Shown here in pieces: positions 25,314 through 35,545 of a stretch of 64,000 bases of DNA; the first letter of the stretch is position 1, and each line of letters starts with the position of its first letter. The notes below the pieces were generated by a model, which did not search any database, was not told the origin of the DNA, and was given only the letters and a program-made list of their open reading frames with translations. Source of the DNA: Picochlorum sp. SENEW3 (lineage: Eukaryota); contig CP120464.1 in NCBI GenBank assembly GCA_034226945.1, positions 496,001 through 560,000 on the forward strand, written 5' to 3'. Position numbers and translations under genes: made by a program.

Positions 25314-26211
25314 GCAATTACGTTACGCAAGGGCCATGTCACCTAACCCTTTACGCGACGTAACAAAAGGTCATGTGGACGTTTACGAGACGCAACGTAA
25401 AGCCGATTGCACCAGAATTCTATAACTAGACGGGTGAACTTCTAATCTAATCAGTGTAAACATAATTATACATATCAAGCCCAAGTCAGTATACATAGAG
25501 AAGGTATACTTTGAAGTACTCGACCTTGAGCACCATGAAAGGCTCGTTCTTTATTCTCCTGGCCATCTGTGCCTCGTTGAGTCTGTGCCATGCCACCTCA
25601 GCCCGGAAGGTGCTGAGTTCTGCTGCTGTCCGGGAAGCGACACTGAGCGGTCGCTGCATGACGCTTACCGATGAGACAGCTTTGACTGGTGATGATGGAT
25701 CACTTGCTAACGGCGTTAATACTCTACAGAGGCTGCGCTCCGAATACGTAAAGTACAACACGAAAAAAAGGTACGACCAGTTTTGAAAAGATTACTGTGT
25801 GCGACTGGCAAATATGCAGTGGAAAATGTCAAATTCACGCTTGTGGTATGTGGTGCAGCATGTACCGTGATGGAGATGTCCTGGCAGTCTATGAACTATC
25901 TGCCCCATACCAAAGTTTGGCTGGATGCGCGAATGCTTGCTTGCTAGACTGGAGAATGGATAGCTCAGATAACCAAACCCAGACAACACCTGCCTACGAT
26001 GCTACTGATTCCCCGTGGAGCCCGTCAACAACAGCCATTGAGCCAATCAGAGAGTGCGAGTATTTCAATTTCAACATTGACACTGGTAAATGCACTCTCA
26101 TCTCAGGACAAACGTCAACACAGCTTACCTCAAGTGACAACTATTGGTCTGGAAAACTGATCTGCACAGATCTTGACAATATTCAGGACTGGGCGGAGCA
26201 GGTGGTGGCTG
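25314..26211 (+). repeat. Direct segmental duplication, copy 2
   Basis: Aligns to 23320-24207. Confidence 0.9.
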
Positions 26212-26225
26212 ATCCAGAGTCGTAG
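25535..26225 (+). CDS. Secreted PAN/Apple-like protein, copy B, 2 exons
   Basis: Paralogue of copy A; intron 25771-25858. Confidence 0.75.
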
Positions 26226-26419
26226 GAGAATGACCAAAAAATGGATATAAAGAGATCTACTAAAATGGGCAAATTCTACCTTGCGATGATTCATCACGCA
26301 TGTGTCGCCTGTCACCATGCAAGGTGTACCTGACAAAGGACCTGGAGGTTGAGCATATCAAACATGAAATGGAAACATAAATTGATTGATTTGCATTATG
26401 AATCTTGGCAACATGTTGT

Positions 26420-29023
26420 TTACAATGTCACATCTCTATCTGTGCTAATAATCAAAGACCTGAGGACTTCATCCAGTAATTGTGTGGCTCTTGAGTATGA
26501 AAATGTGCTCGCAATCTTTTCCAACCCATGGGAGGCGAATTGCCTGGCCAACTCAGGATTGTGTCTAAAGCTTGAGTACGATTCCACGTATTCATCCAAC
26601 TCTTCCGCCAAAAAACAATCGACATCAGTATTCAGTCCCATCCCTTCGAGTGCAATCCTACTCCCAATAACAGGAATACCATGCAAGTATGCAGCAGCCA
26701 CTTTGCCCTTGACGCCTGCACCAGTTGATAGAGGCACAATGGCACACATTACTTGCGAATACAATGCAGTGAGATCATCATCTGCCATGAACCCGTGAAA
26801 ACGAATTCCTCTATGGTTTTTGAGCTGCTTATGCAAATCTTCTGGAGGGTGGTGCGATCCTACGATGTGCATGACGAAATCTGGATGCCGTGTGCGAATG
26901 GCATCTGTGATTCGAATCAGATTTCTCACGGCAACTATGTTTGGCACGTGCTGGAAACTTCCCACAAAGATTCCACCATTTCTCTTTTCTACATATGAAC
27001 TCTCATCCTGCACAAGTTTCCTGCCCATGGAAATGGATTCATCAGGATAGATGTTTGAAATGAGCTTCATCTTTGATGCTGGCATCCCTTGTGACTGCAA
27101 CACATGATCTTCCACATCACTCATCACAAATGTCGTCACCGACCTCGTCACAATATCCAATTCGCTTTGTAATCTCTTGTATACTTTGGTGACATTCACC
27201 ACTAAATCAGCAGTCACTTCTGCACTAGGGTTTGTTGTCATAATCATATGCTCAATGCACTCCTTTGACTTTTCCAGATTTTTTCCTTTCCCACATAGGG
27301 CGAGTTGGACCGCCTCCTCTGGTGACGCATATCCTTCCTTGTTCTGCTGCAAAAGCTCTCTCGATTCTCGGAGGAAATGCAAATCCACCGTGTCGTACAC
27401 AATGGGCACACCAGAGCAACACCGATCAACCAGTTTAATCACCTCCTCAGCCGTGTTTGGTCGAGCAATGAATATAGCCTTGTATGGGCACATGGTCTTT
27501 CCACACAATGTCTCATTTTTATTGGGTTGCAATCGAATCCCACGAGACCGTATGAATGCCACATCAGCCAGCCATTCCTGAGGAATGAAATAATGAATTG
27601 GAAGAAAGTCAACTTGAACGTCAGAGTTTAATAAATACCGCAGAATTTCCCACATGCGTTGAGATCCAGAATCATACGAGGGCGTGGGTATCACTTGATC
27701 TATCCATAAGACCAAATTCGTCATGTACCTTTCCCTCGTCTCCAAGAATGGCGTTCCTTCTGGCATGTGATGCACTAATGCATCCTTCCACTTTTCTCTA
27801 AATACTTGTTTATTCTTGCTCATCAACGATCGCTTTTCCTTGGAATCTGCCCCAAATGTATTTCCTTCCTGATGATACACAACAGCAAATGGCTGAAGCA
27901 CCACCCTCAGTCCGATATGCCTCACAGCCATTGCTAAATCAGTATCCTCGTAATACCCACGGCCATAGGCTCGATCAAAGCCACCCAACTCTATAAAAAC
28001 ATCCTTCTCCATAGCTATACATGCAGCAGAAATATAATCTACCTGATGTGCCATAAGTAACTGTTTTGGCACCTGTGTATGCCCTCGAAACGCATTCGCT
28101 GCCCCTGCCTGATTGTAAATCACCCCACCAAGCTCTTGTATATCCCTCTGACCCAAAAACAGAGGACCTACAATTCCAGCTTTTGGATACGTCACCAACG
28201 TGTTTATCAACGCCCCGACAGCCCCATTACTCACAAACATATCATTATTCGCAAAAAGCAAAACACTTCCTCTCGCCATCTCTGCACCCTTGTTGCAGGA
28301 AAATGAATACCCTTCTGACACATCATTCCTCACATATGTGTATCTGAAATCATACCAGGCGCTCATGCCCCTCAAACACGACTTCACAATAGATACTTCC
28401 TCTAGGGAACTTTCATCATCCACCACAATCACTTCCATCTTGAACTTTGCAGAATCCTGTGCAAGTTCATGCACACTCTGACATGTCATCAGGCCTTGAT
28501 TATAGAATGGCATCACCACAGATATTAACGGATCGGCATCTTGGTCATGGTGATGATTCTTTTTGTCACGTTTTCCATCACGAATGACTGATACATCCTT
28601 GCCTATCTTGAGATTTTCCTTCAAGACAGAAAACTCAGTCTTCCCCAGACGACGATGCCATGGCACCACATCAGACTTTCTCAAAGATCCACGAGCACAA
28701 ATGGGCCCAAGCACCCTGAGAATGGCCTGATCCTCAAAGCATCCACCCAGGAATGGCTGCTGTCGAAGCTTATCATTCAAACGCACAATTTCAGAATATC
28801 GAGTCCAATACACAGCTGGTTTGAAAAAGACCAACCAAACCAGATAGGCGCTCAATCCAACTATACACACCCATATCAACCAAATGAGATATTTAAGATG
28901 TAAATAATCTTTGCAAATGTACCATGCATCGGAGAGAAATCGTGTGACAAATTTCCTCGATTCAATGATCCAGCGTCTTCTCGACTTTGCGAGGGATCGC
29001 TTGCGCTTTTGATGAAGGTACAT
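26420..29023 (-). CDS. Intronless GT2 + GT4(GT-B) bifunctional glycosyltransferase with N-terminal TM anchor
   Basis: ISVVMPFYN, VIVVDD, LFANND, GGFD...GYYEDTDL; then YDTVDLHFLRESR, FVGSFQHVPN, GAGVKGKV. First ATG at 29023; the ORF extends to a GTG at 29188. Confidence 0.88.
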   Translation of the reverse strand: MYLHQKRKRSLAKSRRRWIIESRKFVTRFLSDAWYICKDYLHLKYLIWLIWVCIVGLSAYLVWLVFFKPAVYWTRYSEIVRLNDKLRQQPFLGGCFEDQAILRVLGPICARGSLRKSDVVPWHRRLGKTEFSVLKENLKIGKDVSVIRDGKRDKKNHHHDQDADPLISVVMPFYNQGLMTCQSVHELAQDSAKFKMEVIVVDDESSLEEVSIVKSCLRGMSAWYDFRYTYVRNDVSEGYSFSCNKGAEMARGSVLLFANNDMFVSNGAVGALINTLVTYPKAGIVGPLFLGQRDIQELGGVIYNQAGAANAFRGHTQVPKQLLMAHQVDYISAACIAMEKDVFIELGGFDRAYGRGYYEDTDLAMAVRHIGLRVVLQPFAVVYHQEGNTFGADSKEKRSLMSKNKQVFREKWKDALVHHMPEGTPFLETRERYMTNLVLWIDQVIPTPSYDSGSQRMWEILRYLLNSDVQVDFLPIHYFIPQEWLADVAFIRSRGIRLQPNKNETLCGKTMCPYKAIFIARPNTAEEVIKLVDRCCSGVPIVYDTVDLHFLRESRELLQQNKEGYASPEEAVQLALCGKGKNLEKSKECIEHMIMTTNPSAEVTADLVVNVTKVYKRLQSELDIVTRSVTTFVMSDVEDHVLQSQGMPASKMKLISNIYPDESISMGRKLVQDESSYVEKRNGGIFVGSFQHVPNIVAVRNLIRITDAIRTRHPDFVMHIVGSHHPPEDLHKQLKNHRGIRFHGFMADDDLTALYSQVMCAIVPLSTGAGVKGKVAAAYLHGIPVIGSRIALEGMGLNTDVDCFLAEELDEYVESYSSFRHNPELARQFASHGLEKIASTFSYSRATQLLDEVLRSLIISTDRDVTL

Positions 29024-29437
29024 CAAAATAAAGTATCCAATCTGTGAGATATGGACATCGTTGCTACGTAGGAGTAAATAAACAAGATGAATTTTCGACG
29101 ACAACCGACCGACTTGCCTTATTCTTATACCTGAGATGGAAGCTTTGCTCCTACACAGTGCAGAGACTGCGGTGATTTCATGGGACACGATGCGATATCA
29201 AAGATGATGACGACCTAATTCTATACTATAAAAAACTTGGATGCAAGAGTGCATTCATCCACGTTACAAAACGTGCCAACTAATCTAAGAGGAAGAAATG
29301 CAAGATCATCATGAGCATACAAGAACAACAAAGAAAAACAATGCCTCCCAATGAATGACATGCATGCTCGCACGCCACGCCAGAGAGAAGATTCTAGAAA
29401 TTCATACACAGCTATAGACATCATGTACCTAGAAATA

Positions 29438-30256
29438 CTACGACCTTCCAGGTGTCAGGGATGCCACTAATTCCTTTCCACGTTCACTCTTTGACTGAAA
29501 TGCCAGTCCTTTGACTGCCATGGGATCCTTCACAAAGCCTAATTTCTCATAGAGTCCAACAACACCTGGTTCAGCATACAAAGTCACAGTTGGAATACCT
29601 TGTTGTACGAGATGGGCAGTCAATCGCTCAACAAGGCCCCTTCCAATCCCCCCTCGTTGCCATTGAGGAGCCACGGCAACATCCCATATGGTTGCAGACA
29701 ACGACCCATCAGACGTTGCCCTTCCAAAACCGAGCAACTGCCCCTCTTTAGCCAATCGACTCTTCCGCGCTGCTCGGACCCACACTGTTGTGTGCGTGTT
29801 GGCCAATGCTGTTGCAAGCCTCCCTGGATCCCTACGTGGGAAACCAACCTTCTCAAACAACATATTCAATTCATCCACCGATAAATCCTTTGTTCCCCAT
29901 ACAAACTCTATTCCATCTCCTAAAAACGCCTCATCTGATTTCGAAATCGGTGGCGGAGGTGGCGCACTGCCCTCCAGAGTGGACAGGACATCCACCTTTT
30001 GTGTACTCATTCCATCTGGTAGAACAATGGACTGTGCGGCATGACGAATCCCTCTGTATGACAACTTTGGCTTTATCGTTCCAAACGATGACCCAGCTGT
30101 TGTTGTGTGGTGTGCCACAATAGACAGTCTTTTCTGCACGTGAAACACCCCATCTCCAACTGCAGTCGAGACACGGTAGCGTTGCCCTCCACACATACTC
30201 TTCTGTTGACCGGGAAGCGAACCAAAATGCTGCTGCTGCATCTGAAACGTAAACAT
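29438..30256 (-). CDS. Plastid GNAT acetyltransferase (NSI/SNAT1, ycf52-like)
   Basis: LFEKVGFPRRD, GFGRATSDG, IWDVAV..WQRGGIGR, TLYAEPGVVGLYEKLGF. Confidence 0.88.
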   Translation of the reverse strand: MFTFQMQQQHFGSLPGQQKSMCGGQRYRVSTAVGDGVFHVQKRLSIVAHHTTTAGSSFGTIKPKLSYRGIRHAAQSIVLPDGMSTQKVDVLSTLEGSAPPPPPISKSDEAFLGDGIEFVWGTKDLSVDELNMLFEKVGFPRRDPGRLATALANTHTTVWVRAARKSRLAKEGQLLGFGRATSDGSLSATIWDVAVAPQWQRGGIGRGLVERLTAHLVQQGIPTVTLYAEPGVVGLYEKLGFVKDPMAVKGLAFQSKSERGKELVASLTPGRS

Positions 30257-30778
30257 TATTTTTTTCTAATCGTATTGTACGTGCTATAATGGACAATGGG
30301 CGATGTTCTTTTTCTTAGCAGAGTACGTCGTAGTAGTTCGCCATTCTTCTCTTCTAATGGGTGATATTTAGTATCACATGTATTTACGATGCAAGGAGCA
30401 TCCACTGTACACCCTAAAGTTCGTATATTCTTGTCGTAAGCCCGCAATTTCAGCCTTGTACTTGTCCCCATCCAGATCAGATTTTCTCAATATTTATATA
30501 CGGAACTTTGGTCCAATACCAATCGCCATGTCTAGCGCTGCATGAACACACTCCTATCTACATAACACATGCACAATAATGTAGCAGAAGGATCCATGCG
30601 ATTGCTGTCGATGGCTTGCAACGAGTTGCACGTATAGGTATTACAACGAATTCGTATTCTTGAGAAGAAGAATGCAGAAGTGTTTTCCAATTTCTTTGCT
30701 CCTTTTCCTTCTTCTTGAATGCTCTCAGAAAACAACATAACCGATAGCCATAAGCAATAGAAGAGACAGAGACAAAGA

Positions 30779-32422
30779 ATGGCCTCTGTTGTCCCACGAG
30801 TGCGTGTAGTAAAGTGCCATGCGTCTTCTGGGTCTTCCTCAAAGCCTTCCTCTGCCGTTCCATGGAATACGCGACATAGGCCGAAGAAGAAACAGCAAGA
30901 ATTACAATCGACAGATGTGATTGGATATAGAGCAGTGTTGCTGTCGAATAGACCCAACAGAACAAGGAAAAAGAAGAAGAATGCTCAACCAGGCTCCAGT
31001 GAAGAGCAACAAATAGTGTTGGGGATTGTAGATGACGTGATCGATATGGATGCTTCTGGAGGCTTACTTCGTATCATACATCCAGTTCATATACAACAGG
31101 AGGTAGATATGTACGTTGAAGAGGAGCATTTAGTGCCGTTTGTGGATTCTATTGTGCCCCATATTGATGTTGAGAATGAAGAGATTGTGATTGATCCTCC
31201 TGATGGGCTGCTCGAGCTGGGTAAACGGAAAGTTCTCATGGATATTATAGAATACAAGATTAGTCCTATAGTGGAAGAGATGGCGGCATCGAGAGGGCAG
31301 AATATTTCAGGTGAAAAAGTTCTCATGATGCCAACGCGAAGAGAATTAGAGGATATGGGGAGGCGAGATATTGTAAAACTTGTCATGAAGGCTGGTGGGT
31401 TCTTGGAAGTCGCTCAGTATTTGGGGTATACGTCTATTCGCCGCCCCCCTGGGTATTGGGAGGATGAGACCACCTTGGATAGAGAGCTGTCATTGTTTGT
31501 CGCTGCCAATTGGGTCAAGTTTCATGCAGAGATTCATGCATTCGACTTTCAAGATCAGCAAGCTGAGAGGAATCAAAATCATGATGATGAAAAAGAAGAA
31601 GAAAAAGGAAACGCATCCACTCATACCAAGGAAGAAGAAGGAGAAGAAGAAGAAGAAGACGCTGAAGAGTATTCCACCTATTGGTTTAATACAGTGACTC
31701 GACGCATGAAATGGACTCAGCCAACGCTACCCCGTGTCGTCCAAATAGATGATCAAGGTACAGAATTATTTGTAGAAACAGAAGAAGATAGGGCCATGCC
31801 TTCTAGGTCGGCCTTACTCGCAGCTGGAAGATACGACTTGCACGGAGCAATCGTGGCAGCAGGTGGGTACGCTTATGTTACAGAAATGCTTGACCGATGG
31901 CCAGCCTGGCCTCCCACGCATCGCTTCAAAAACCCAAAAACACTCAAGTCTGAAATAGAAGATTTTATTGAGGAGCATGACTTGCCGAAGAAAATACTCC
32001 CATCTGCCTCTGATTTTCTAAATCTTGGCAGACCAGATATGCATCAGGCCATCCTCCGAGCAGGTGGCTACTGCTCCGTTGCAACCCAGATCAAGTTCTC
32101 TAATCATAGGAAGCAGAGGGGTCTATGGAAGGACTTTGACTATGTGTGTGAACAAGTCCTGGACTATGCTCAATCAAAGGCCAAGGAGGCCAGTGGAGAC
32201 CCATCCATGCCAACCCATGAAGAGTTGCGACGTGCAGGCCGGCATGATCTTCGACATGCACTGCAAAAGCACGGCAGTAAGGCAGTGTCAGAAGCCACAG
32301 GTCTCCCTATGAATCGCCAGGGTGGAAAGAGCCGTGTGAATAGAGCATTTCGATCTCAGTTGGAATACGAGTTTGCATTGTCAGAAAAGAATGCTAAAGC
32401 TGAAAAGCCAAACAACGACTAA
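30779..32422 (+). CDS. Probable plastid protein: RimM-like C-terminal PRC barrel plus four helical MP..L...GR.DL..A...GG repeats
   Basis: HLVPFVDSIVPHIDVENEEIVIDPPDGLLEL; four internal repeats; WW-like YWFNTVTRRMKWTQP. Confidence 0.65.
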   Translation: MASVVPRVRVVKCHASSGSSSKPSSAVPWNTRHRPKKKQQELQSTDVIGYRAVLLSNRPNRTRKKKKNAQPGSSEEQQIVLGIVDDVIDMDASGGLLRIIHPVHIQQEVDMYVEEEHLVPFVDSIVPHIDVENEEIVIDPPDGLLELGKRKVLMDIIEYKISPIVEEMAASRGQNISGEKVLMMPTRRELEDMGRRDIVKLVMKAGGFLEVAQYLGYTSIRRPPGYWEDETTLDRELSLFVAANWVKFHAEIHAFDFQDQQAERNQNHDDEKEEEKGNASTHTKEEEGEEEEEDAEEYSTYWFNTVTRRMKWTQPTLPRVVQIDDQGTELFVETEEDRAMPSRSALLAAGRYDLHGAIVAAGGYAYVTEMLDRWPAWPPTHRFKNPKTLKSEIEDFIEEHDLPKKILPSASDFLNLGRPDMHQAILRAGGYCSVATQIKFSNHRKQRGLWKDFDYVCEQVLDYAQSKAKEASGDPSMPTHEELRRAGRHDLRHALQKHGSKAVSEATGLPMNRQGGKSRVNRAFRSQLEYEFALSEKNAKAEKPNND

Positions 32423-32543
32423 TGCTTCGTTATTTGTGGTATTATTAAACTGTATATTTCATCTTGTAATTATACTAGACAATTGTTTTATATCATAGAA
32501 GTCCAAACTGAAGAAAGGAGCGCGAGTGTAGTACAGTTTCCGG

Positions 32544-33047
32544 ATGGCAGGAATTTATAATGGTCCCACGAGAGGCGGAGCGAGGGGTGGCCGGGACCAA
32601 TTTAAATGGGAAGATATCAAAAATCAACCAGATAAGGATTATTATCTAGGAGCGAGTGTCAAAGCCGTGTCTGGACGTTGGCAGAAGGACAAGGATGTGT
32701 TTTGGTATACCAAGGAAAAGTCGTCTGGAGCAGCACGGCAAGACGAGATTCAGGCTGTGAAGGAGAAGGAGCAGGCTCTCATGAACCAAGCACTGGGGAT
32801 TACTCATAGTACTACTACTATTGGTAGTGGCGATGCTGATCGCAGAAGGAGACGAAGTGAGGAAGACGACATTGAGAGGAGGAACAAGAAGGAGGGGGAG
32901 AAGAAAAGAAAAAAGAAGAGACGGCATCATGATGGTGAAGAACGTGATCGCCGCCATCGACATCATTCTCATTCATCTCGTCGACATCGCTCACGGACTC
33001 TGGATGTAGAGAAGCGTGGAGAAAAGAAAAGGAAATTGTCAGATTGA
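32544..33047 (+). CDS. MMTAG2/C1orf35 homologue
   Basis: RGGARGGRDQFKWEDIK..YYLGASVKA..GRWQKDKDVFWY, then a basic tail. Confidence 0.9.
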   Translation: MAGIYNGPTRGGARGGRDQFKWEDIKNQPDKDYYLGASVKAVSGRWQKDKDVFWYTKEKSSGAARQDEIQAVKEKEQALMNQALGITHSTTTIGSGDADRRRRRSEEDDIERRNKKEGEKKRKKKRRHHDGEERDRRHRHHSHSSRRHRSRTLDVEKRGEKKRKLSD

Positions 33048-33165
33048 TGCATATCTCTAATTCTGAGGTTAGAAGAAAAGGAAATGGCGCCCAGCACCCA
33101 GCATGAGATGGTACCGTGCTTCGACATTGTCCTCAGCACATAAATAATATCGTGTGAATACATGA

Positions 33166-34533
33166 ATGGTTGTACGAGCACTCGTATCTCGTGCTAGGGT
33201 GCAGTTCTCGACATCGGCGTTCACTGGCCTCACACTGAAAAGACCCGAACAATCGGTTCGATTAACGCATCGCAGTTTTTCAAGGTCCACAATTAAGATG
33301 GTAGAAGGTCACCAGTGCCATCGAGTGGCCCATTTCCATCGAAAGAAGCTCTTGGGTAAGAGTTTTGCCTGTTCTTCACCTAATGGTAGATTTGAACAAG
33401 GTGCCAGCCAGATTGATGGAAAGTCTTTGACTCGGATCGAAATTCATGGGAAGAATTTATTCTATTTTTTTGGCCAAGGAGATGATACGGTCGTGCTTCA
33501 CATTCACTTTGGCATGTCTGGGAAATTTGCACTGTTTGACTCGAACGCTGATACGGATATCACACCGAAACCCACAACTCGATTGGAAATGAAAGGCCAT
33601 GGGATGGTTGCGCATCTGAGCGCTATGACGGTGCAAAATGGTGATCAAGGGTTTTACGAGGAGAAGAAGGCTGCGTTAGGGGAAGATCCATTGAGACAGG
33701 ATGCTGATCCAAACAGGGCGTGGGAGAAGATTCGAGGGAGTAAAAGCAGGTCTATTGGGTATTTATTGATGGATCAGAGTGTCATTGCGGGTGTTGGGAA
33801 TATTTATCGAGCTGAAATACTCTTCAAGGCAGGAGTGCATCCAGAGCAGCCAGGGAAGAGTCTGACACGGGATGTGTTTGACAAGATCTGGCATCATTCC
33901 GTGGACTTGTTGGAGAGAGGTTTTCGAACTGGTTCTATATTGACAGTTGACGAATCTGAGGGACTGCCTCCTCCGTGGACAAGGCGATATATATACAATC
34001 AGTCCAAATGTGGTCGATGTGGTGACCGAGTTAAATCATGGGATATAGCTGGAAGAACGGCGTATGCGTGTCCAACGTGTCAGCCGTTGACATCAGATGA
34101 GGTTCTTTCAGCTGATCGCATGGCGGCTGTGAAGCAGGCAAAGGGAGCAGTCGAGTTTGTGAGTCATTGTGCTGCCGACGATGTATCAGTTGCCATGATG
34201 TCTCCAGCCAAGCTGAAAGTGTCTCAGCTGAAGCGTGTGCTTGAAGAGATGAACTTGCCTACTCATGGTAAAAAGGCAGATCTAGTTGCGCGGGTTCTGG
34301 ATGCCCAAGTCGTCAAGAAGGAAGAGGTTGTGGCAACACCAGATCAAATGGATGAAGGAATTCAACGCCGATCAAAGAGGCGCACCGATGACAATGACCA
34401 GAAAGAGAGAATTAGACAAAAGATTGATTTCGTCGCAACGGCGGAGCAGGCTGCACGCGAGAAGATGGATGCAGGGGAGAAGGGCAATGTTGAACATGTT
34501 CCCCTGGGGATGGATGATGCCACAAATTATTGA
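33166..34533 (+). CDS. Fpg/Nei (endonuclease VIII-like) DNA glycosylase with zinc finger and SAP domain
   Basis: MVEGH at 33298, HGKNLF, HFGMSG, LLMDQSVIAGVGNIYRAEILF, CGRC...CPTCQ, LKVSQLK...GKKADLVARV. Confidence 0.9.
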   Translation: MVVRALVSRARVQFSTSAFTGLTLKRPEQSVRLTHRSFSRSTIKMVEGHQCHRVAHFHRKKLLGKSFACSSPNGRFEQGASQIDGKSLTRIEIHGKNLFYFFGQGDDTVVLHIHFGMSGKFALFDSNADTDITPKPTTRLEMKGHGMVAHLSAMTVQNGDQGFYEEKKAALGEDPLRQDADPNRAWEKIRGSKSRSIGYLLMDQSVIAGVGNIYRAEILFKAGVHPEQPGKSLTRDVFDKIWHHSVDLLERGFRTGSILTVDESEGLPPPWTRRYIYNQSKCGRCGDRVKSWDIAGRTAYACPTCQPLTSDEVLSADRMAAVKQAKGAVEFVSHCAADDVSVAMMSPAKLKVSQLKRVLEEMNLPTHGKKADLVARVLDAQVVKKEEVVATPDQMDEGIQRRSKRRTDDNDQKERIRQKIDFVATAEQAAREKMDAGEKGNVEHVPLGMDDATNY

Positions 34534-34542
34534 TTACTATGA

Positions 34543-35157
34543 TTACTCTGTTGCATCTATCGGAATGAACGCTCCTAAAACTTTTCGATCTTCTTGATTC
34601 AATATATTAAACGTGGCTACCGCGTTCTTTGTGTCCATGGCTTCCACTGATACATATCTCTTCCTAAGCTCCTGCATGAGATTGTCTGGCACCTGACGTA
34701 TACGATCCCCACACCCAAGTATGAGCAACTCTGGTATCGGCAAGGCCAAGTCTAATAACGATAAAGATTCGATTGTGATGTCACTGAAACGGTCAACTTT
34801 CCATCTCAACCATAAGTCACCTATGCACAGAATGGAGCCTCCAACCTGGACATCCCCAACAATGAACCCTCCATCAAAACACCCGTGGACCTGTACCAAC
34901 CCTACATCAGGAGGGAGGAGATTGAATGTATCAGTCACGCTTTCTTTGAATGAGACGCTCGAGGCGGAGATGCTGCGCTGTTGTGAAGTTCTGTAAGCTG
35001 CTGGGCCTGGCTCCCGTTCTGCTGTGAGGCTGCCAGATGCTGTATTGCCAAAGAAGAGACAATCTGTGCTTGTTATATGCCTAATGCATGCAAATTGATG
35101 TTTCAAGCTTCGTCGTAGAGCCATTATAAGAGAAGCCCGTTGTCCATGCGAGTTCAC
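34543..35157 (-). CDS. NDUFAF3: NDUFAF3/Mth938 (DUF498) protein
   Basis: PELLILGCG, VEAMDTKNAVATFNILNQEDRKV. Confidence 0.88.
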   Translation of the reverse strand: MNSHGQRASLIMALRRSLKHQFACIRHITSTDCLFFGNTASGSLTAEREPGPAAYRTSQQRSISASSVSFKESVTDTFNLLPPDVGLVQVHGCFDGGFIVGDVQVGGSILCIGDLWLRWKVDRFSDITIESLSLLDLALPIPELLILGCGDRIRQVPDNLMQELRKRYVSVEAMDTKNAVATFNILNQEDRKVLGAFIPIDATE

Positions 35158-35545
35158 TCGTGCTTGCGTACTGGACTGGTTTCTCTACGGACGTGATTCA
35201 ATGCACTGAACATCGAAAATATATAGTTTTGATCAAATGGGTACCCTGCGAATCGTCCATATATCGATCTTGGACTAATCCAGATGAGGCATGTTTTAAA
35301 TTCCCTCAGAAGGATGTGTGCCATGGTTGCTCATGTATATTACCGTGATGCTTCGGAGGAACGGTTGTCGATTAGAAAGATCTAATTATATCACGATCGA
35401 TAGTACCTGTGACGTATTGGAGGTTGGACGGCGGGGAGAGCGACCTTTGTGGGCTGCTTAAAAGAAGTCTTCCTTTTGCTCAGTATTTCTTACCCGCTGC
35501 CGTTCTTCGTATAGCAAAGCAGTCTAACTATTTAATAGAGAATAT

